Shown here piece after piece: positions 28,842-32,000 of a stretch of 32,000 nt of DNA. The stretch is from Bacillus subtilis subsp. subtilis str. 168 (GTDB lineage Bacteria; Bacillota; Bacilli; Bacillales; Bacillaceae). Below the pieces are notes generated by a model, which saw only the letters and a list, made by a program, of their open reading frames with translations, searched no databases and was not told the origin of the DNA. How positions within the stretch are numbered: position 1 is the stretch's first letter; the number at the start of each line of letters is the position of its first letter. The stretch covers positions 3,120,001 to 3,152,000 of the forward strand of contig NC_000964.3 of NCBI RefSeq assembly GCF_000009045.1, given 5' to 3'. The translations under genes and the position numbers were made by a program.

Positions 28842-28880
28842 GAAAAGAAAACAGCTTGGACCGCAAAGTCTCAAGCTGTT
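28842..28880 (-). terminator. Hairpin plus U-tract between menB and menE (internal or partial terminator candidate)
   Basis: The minus strand reads AACAGCTTGAGAC-tttgcg-GTCCAAGCTGTT followed by TTCTTTTC. It starts about 20 nt after the menB stop. Confidence 0.55.
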
Positions 28881-28900
28881 GGTTTACTAGATATTGCTGA

Positions 28901-29716
28901 TCACGGAAAACGAGGGAACTGTCCGAAATCAGGTTTGCGTTTTTCCTTAAAGGAATCACGGCCTTCTTTTGCTTCATCTGTTGTGTAGTAAAGAAGGGTA
29001 GCATCCCCTGCAAACTGCTGAATTCCAGCAAGTCCGTCTGTGTCCGCGTTAAACGCAGCTTTAAGAAAGCGCAGTGCGGTCGGGCTTTTTTCAAGCATTT
29101 CTTCACACCATTTAATCGTTTCTTCTTCAAGCTGTTCCAAAGGAACGACTGTGTTGACAAGACCCATGTCCAGTGCTTCCTGTGCGTTGTACTGACGGCA
29201 TAGGTACCAGATTTCACGTGCTTTTTTATGTCCTACAATTCGAGCCAGGTAGCCAGAACCGTAACCTGCATCGAAGCTTCCCACTTTAGGGCCTGTTTGT
29301 CCAAAAATTGCGTTGTCCGCAGCAATTGTCAAGTCACATACGATGTGAAGCACATGGCCTCCGCCGATCGCATATCCGGACACCATCGCAACAACCGGTT
29401 TCGGGATGACGCGGATTAAACGCTGAAGATCCAATACGTTAAGACGAGGGATCTGGTCGTCTCCTACATATCCACCGTGGCCGCGCACTTTTTGGTCTCC
29501 GCCAGAACAAAATGCTTTGTCCCCTGCACCGGCAAGCACGATAACCCCAACGTTTTGGTCGTCTCTTGCGTCAGCAAACGCATCAATCATTTCAGCAACC
29601 GTTTTAGGGGTAAACGCATTATGTACCTCAGGTCGGTTGATTGTTATTTTTGCAATGCCATTATACGTTTCATACAATATCTCATCGTATGTCCGTTTTG
29701 TTTTCCATTCAGCCAT
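28901..29716 (-). CDS. menB: 1,4-Dihydroxy-2-naphthoyl-CoA synthase (crotonase fold)
   Basis: A 271-aa protein recognised as MenB ([12 protein letters not shown]..., [11 protein letters not shown]). Confidence 0.95.
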   Translation of the reverse strand: MAEWKTKRTYDEILYETYNGIAKITINRPEVHNAFTPKTVAEMIDAFADARDDQNVGVIVLAGAGDKAFCSGGDQKVRGHGGYVGDDQIPRLNVLDLQRLIRVIPKPVVAMVSGYAIGGGHVLHIVCDLTIAADNAIFGQTGPKVGSFDAGYGSGYLARIVGHKKAREIWYLCRQYNAQEALDMGLVNTVVPLEQLEEETIKWCEEMLEKSPTALRFLKAAFNADTDGLAGIQQFAGDATLLYYTTDEAKEGRDSFKEKRKPDFGQFPRFP

Positions 29717-29750
29717 ATGATGACCTCCTTTTATTCTCTATGTGAATGAG

Positions 29751-30575
29751 TCAGATGCTTGTCAAAAACTCACTCACTATTTTACCAAACAATCGCGGCT
29801 GCTCCACATGGACCGTATGTCCTGCTTTTGGAACAATCTCTATTCTACTAGAAGGAAGCATCTTATGCACCTCTTGATTGATGGCGCAAAATTTTTCGTC
29901 CCACTCCCCGCAGATCAGAAGCACAGGAACATCTATTTCCTCTACACGGCTCCACAAGGAAGGCTGTGAACCGGTGCCCATGCCGGTTAAACTGTTCGCA
30001 AGCCCAATCTTATTGTTCCGCAGACGGCCCGATCGTATCCTGTACCGAATATCTTCAGCCAGCCTCTGCTGAGATGAAAACAAAGGGATATTCTCCCAAT
30101 ACGCAACAAACGCTTCGAGCCCGTCTCGTAAAATAAAATCAGCAAGCTTCCGGTCCCGCATGATTCGTTCCCGCCGTTCCCCAAGTGTTTTGAGCCCCGG
30201 CGTCGTGCTTTCAAGCACAAGTGCCGATACCCGCTCGGGATATGTCATCGCAAAAGAGTAAGCAAGCCTTCCTCCCATAGAATACCCAATCAATTTCACT
30301 TTGTGAAGTTTTAATTGATCAAAAATCTCGGCAAGGTCAGAAACTTGCCGGGTTGTGCTGTATCTTTTCCCATTCAGCGGGGCATCGGTTTCCCCATGCC
30401 CTAAACAATCAATTTTGATCAAACGGGAATCAGGCAGCATTTCATCAAGAAAAGTCCATGATTGTTTGCTGCCGGTAAACCCATGCAGACAGACGACGGC
30501 TTCGGAAGCATTCGGTCCCTCGTCTGCCACTGCATATCGGACACCATCTGATACCGTTATGTTTACAGTTCCCAT
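29751..30575 (-). CDS. menH: SHCHC synthase (alpha/beta hydrolase)
   Basis: A 274-aa protein with GYSMGG, an HGFTGS oxyanion motif and a C-terminal His (AGHTVH). It overlaps the menD end by 13 nt. Confidence 0.88.
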
Positions 30576-32000
30576 TGTTTTTTCACTTCCCGCACAGCCT
30601 CATTCAGCATATCGCGATGAAGCTGGACTCTTGATTGGCGATCCGTTTTGATTTCAATCAAATGGAGTCCGGGCTTGTCTGCCTGCGGCGCGTAAGCTGT
30701 TTTGAATTCATCCCAAGAAGCCGGGCATGAATACGTTCCGCCGTAAAGTGCAGCCGCATGCTTGAAATCGAGCCCTGTCGGTGTGCCGAACAAATCTTCA
30801 AAGTGTGTCTTCTCAGAAGCCTGCGGCAAAAAGGAGAAAATCCCTCCTCCGTCATTATTGACAAGAATCACAGTAAGAGGAATACCCAGCTTTTTGGCCG
30901 CCAGCAGGCCGTTTAAATCATGATAAAAAGATAAATCTCCAATCACAAGGGTAACAGGCGCTTTTGTTCCTTCACATACCCCCATGGCAGAGGAGACGAC
31001 ACCGTCTATCCCGTTTGCTCCCCGGTTTGAATAAATCCGGAAAGGGCGGTCCTGCTTTTCAAAAAACGTATCAACATCCCTGATCGGCATGCTGTTTCCC
31101 ACAAACAGCGAGCTGTTTTCAGGCACAAGATGCTGAAGGATTCGATAGAGATTGCCTTCAAACGAAACATCTTCACTGCTGATTGTTTGCAGATGCTCGC
31201 GGAACCGCCCATTGACAAACTGCCACTTTTCCAGCCACTCTGAGGATCTGGTGGCAGCAGTAAGGCCTGCCATGATCTCCTCAGCAAAAACAGACGCATT
31301 ACAATGAATCATATGCGCGCTTGCCTGTGTCGGGTCTCTCCACCCTCCATCCTCGTCAATCACGATTTGCTGAATCGTCGGATCATCCTTAAGCCATAAG
31401 AAAACCGGTTTTGAAACAGGCATCGGTCCAAACCGAATGACAACATCAGGACGGAGTTTCCGCTTCAGCTCATCATCTTTTAAAAACGAATCATACGCAT
31501 CAATAACAGTGCTTTTATCATGAACACCATTCCGCAGATTAGACAGCGGATCTGCTAAAATTGGATACTGAAGCGCTTTTGACAGCGCAATAATGTTTTC
31601 CTTGTCCGCATCACTATGGAGCTCTCCGCAGACGATCATTCCTTTTTCAGCCTCTGCGAGCATCTCAGCCACATCAGACAGGGACTCTCGGTCAACAGAC
31701 TGCGTACCCGTTTTCACAGACACATGACGGCCTGTTCTCATTCTTCCAAACGGCTCATCTGAAAGATCCGGCATCAGCGGTTCGCGCAGCGGCACATTCA
31801 CATGGACAGGCCCCATCGGGCGCTTTTGTGCTTCTCCGGCAGCGCGGCTTGCCAGCGTTCGGATGTATCTCAGCATTTGCGGAGACTCTTCAGGAAGAGC
31901 AGAGTCTGTGAAAAACTTAACAAAGTTACCGAATAAGAAGTGCTGATTAATAGCCTGCGGTGCGCCTACTTCGCGCAGCTCATGAGGCCGATCAGCAGTT
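30563..32000 (-). CDS. menD: SEPHCHC synthase (ThDP-dependent), 5' end outside the window
   Basis: The track ORF begins at an internal Met (31876). The frame stays open to nt 32000 (...[45 protein letters not shown]...). A ThDP-binding motif [12 protein letters not shown]...NNDGGGIF is present. Confidence 0.93.

Overview
The window reads as ordinary core chromosome of a Bacillus subtilis 168-like strain. This identification comes from my memory of protein sequences and gene order, not from a search. The gene order is ytqA-ytqB, ytpB-ytpA, ytoA, ytnA, asnB, metK (with SAM-I/S-box leader), pckA, ytmB, ytmA, ytlA-ytlC-ytlD, ytkD, ytkC, dps, ytzI, ytkA, luxS, ytjA, ytiB, rpmE2 (with Zur box), ythA-ythB plus a small Cys-rich ORF, mntD-C-B-A (with MntR box), then menC-menE-menB-menH-menD, with menD truncated at the window edge. 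Coding density is high and every large ORF is intact. Most convergent gene pairs are separated by clean hairpin plus U-tract terminators.

I found no rRNA or tRNA genes, CRISPR arrays, IS elements, integrases, prophage blocks, long repeats or recognisable defence genes. I see no convincing evidence for a new multi-gene system.

Several ORF-track starts are N-terminally over-extended, and I re-called them from Shine-Dalgarno spacing. Two short genes fall below the track's 60-aa cutoff: a 46-aa membrane peptide and a 52-aa Cys4 protein.

The items most worth a second look are:
- a roughly 143-aa DtxR/MntR-like soluble tail fused to the MntC permease
- the Cys4 mini-protein attached to the ythAB cytochrome-bd paralog
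- the substrate-unknown ytlACD importer
- an orphan holin-like gene (ytkC) followed by a 208-bp unexplained spacer
- several cases where terminators or stop codons of convergent genes physically overlap

All functional interpretations are inference unless stated otherwise.
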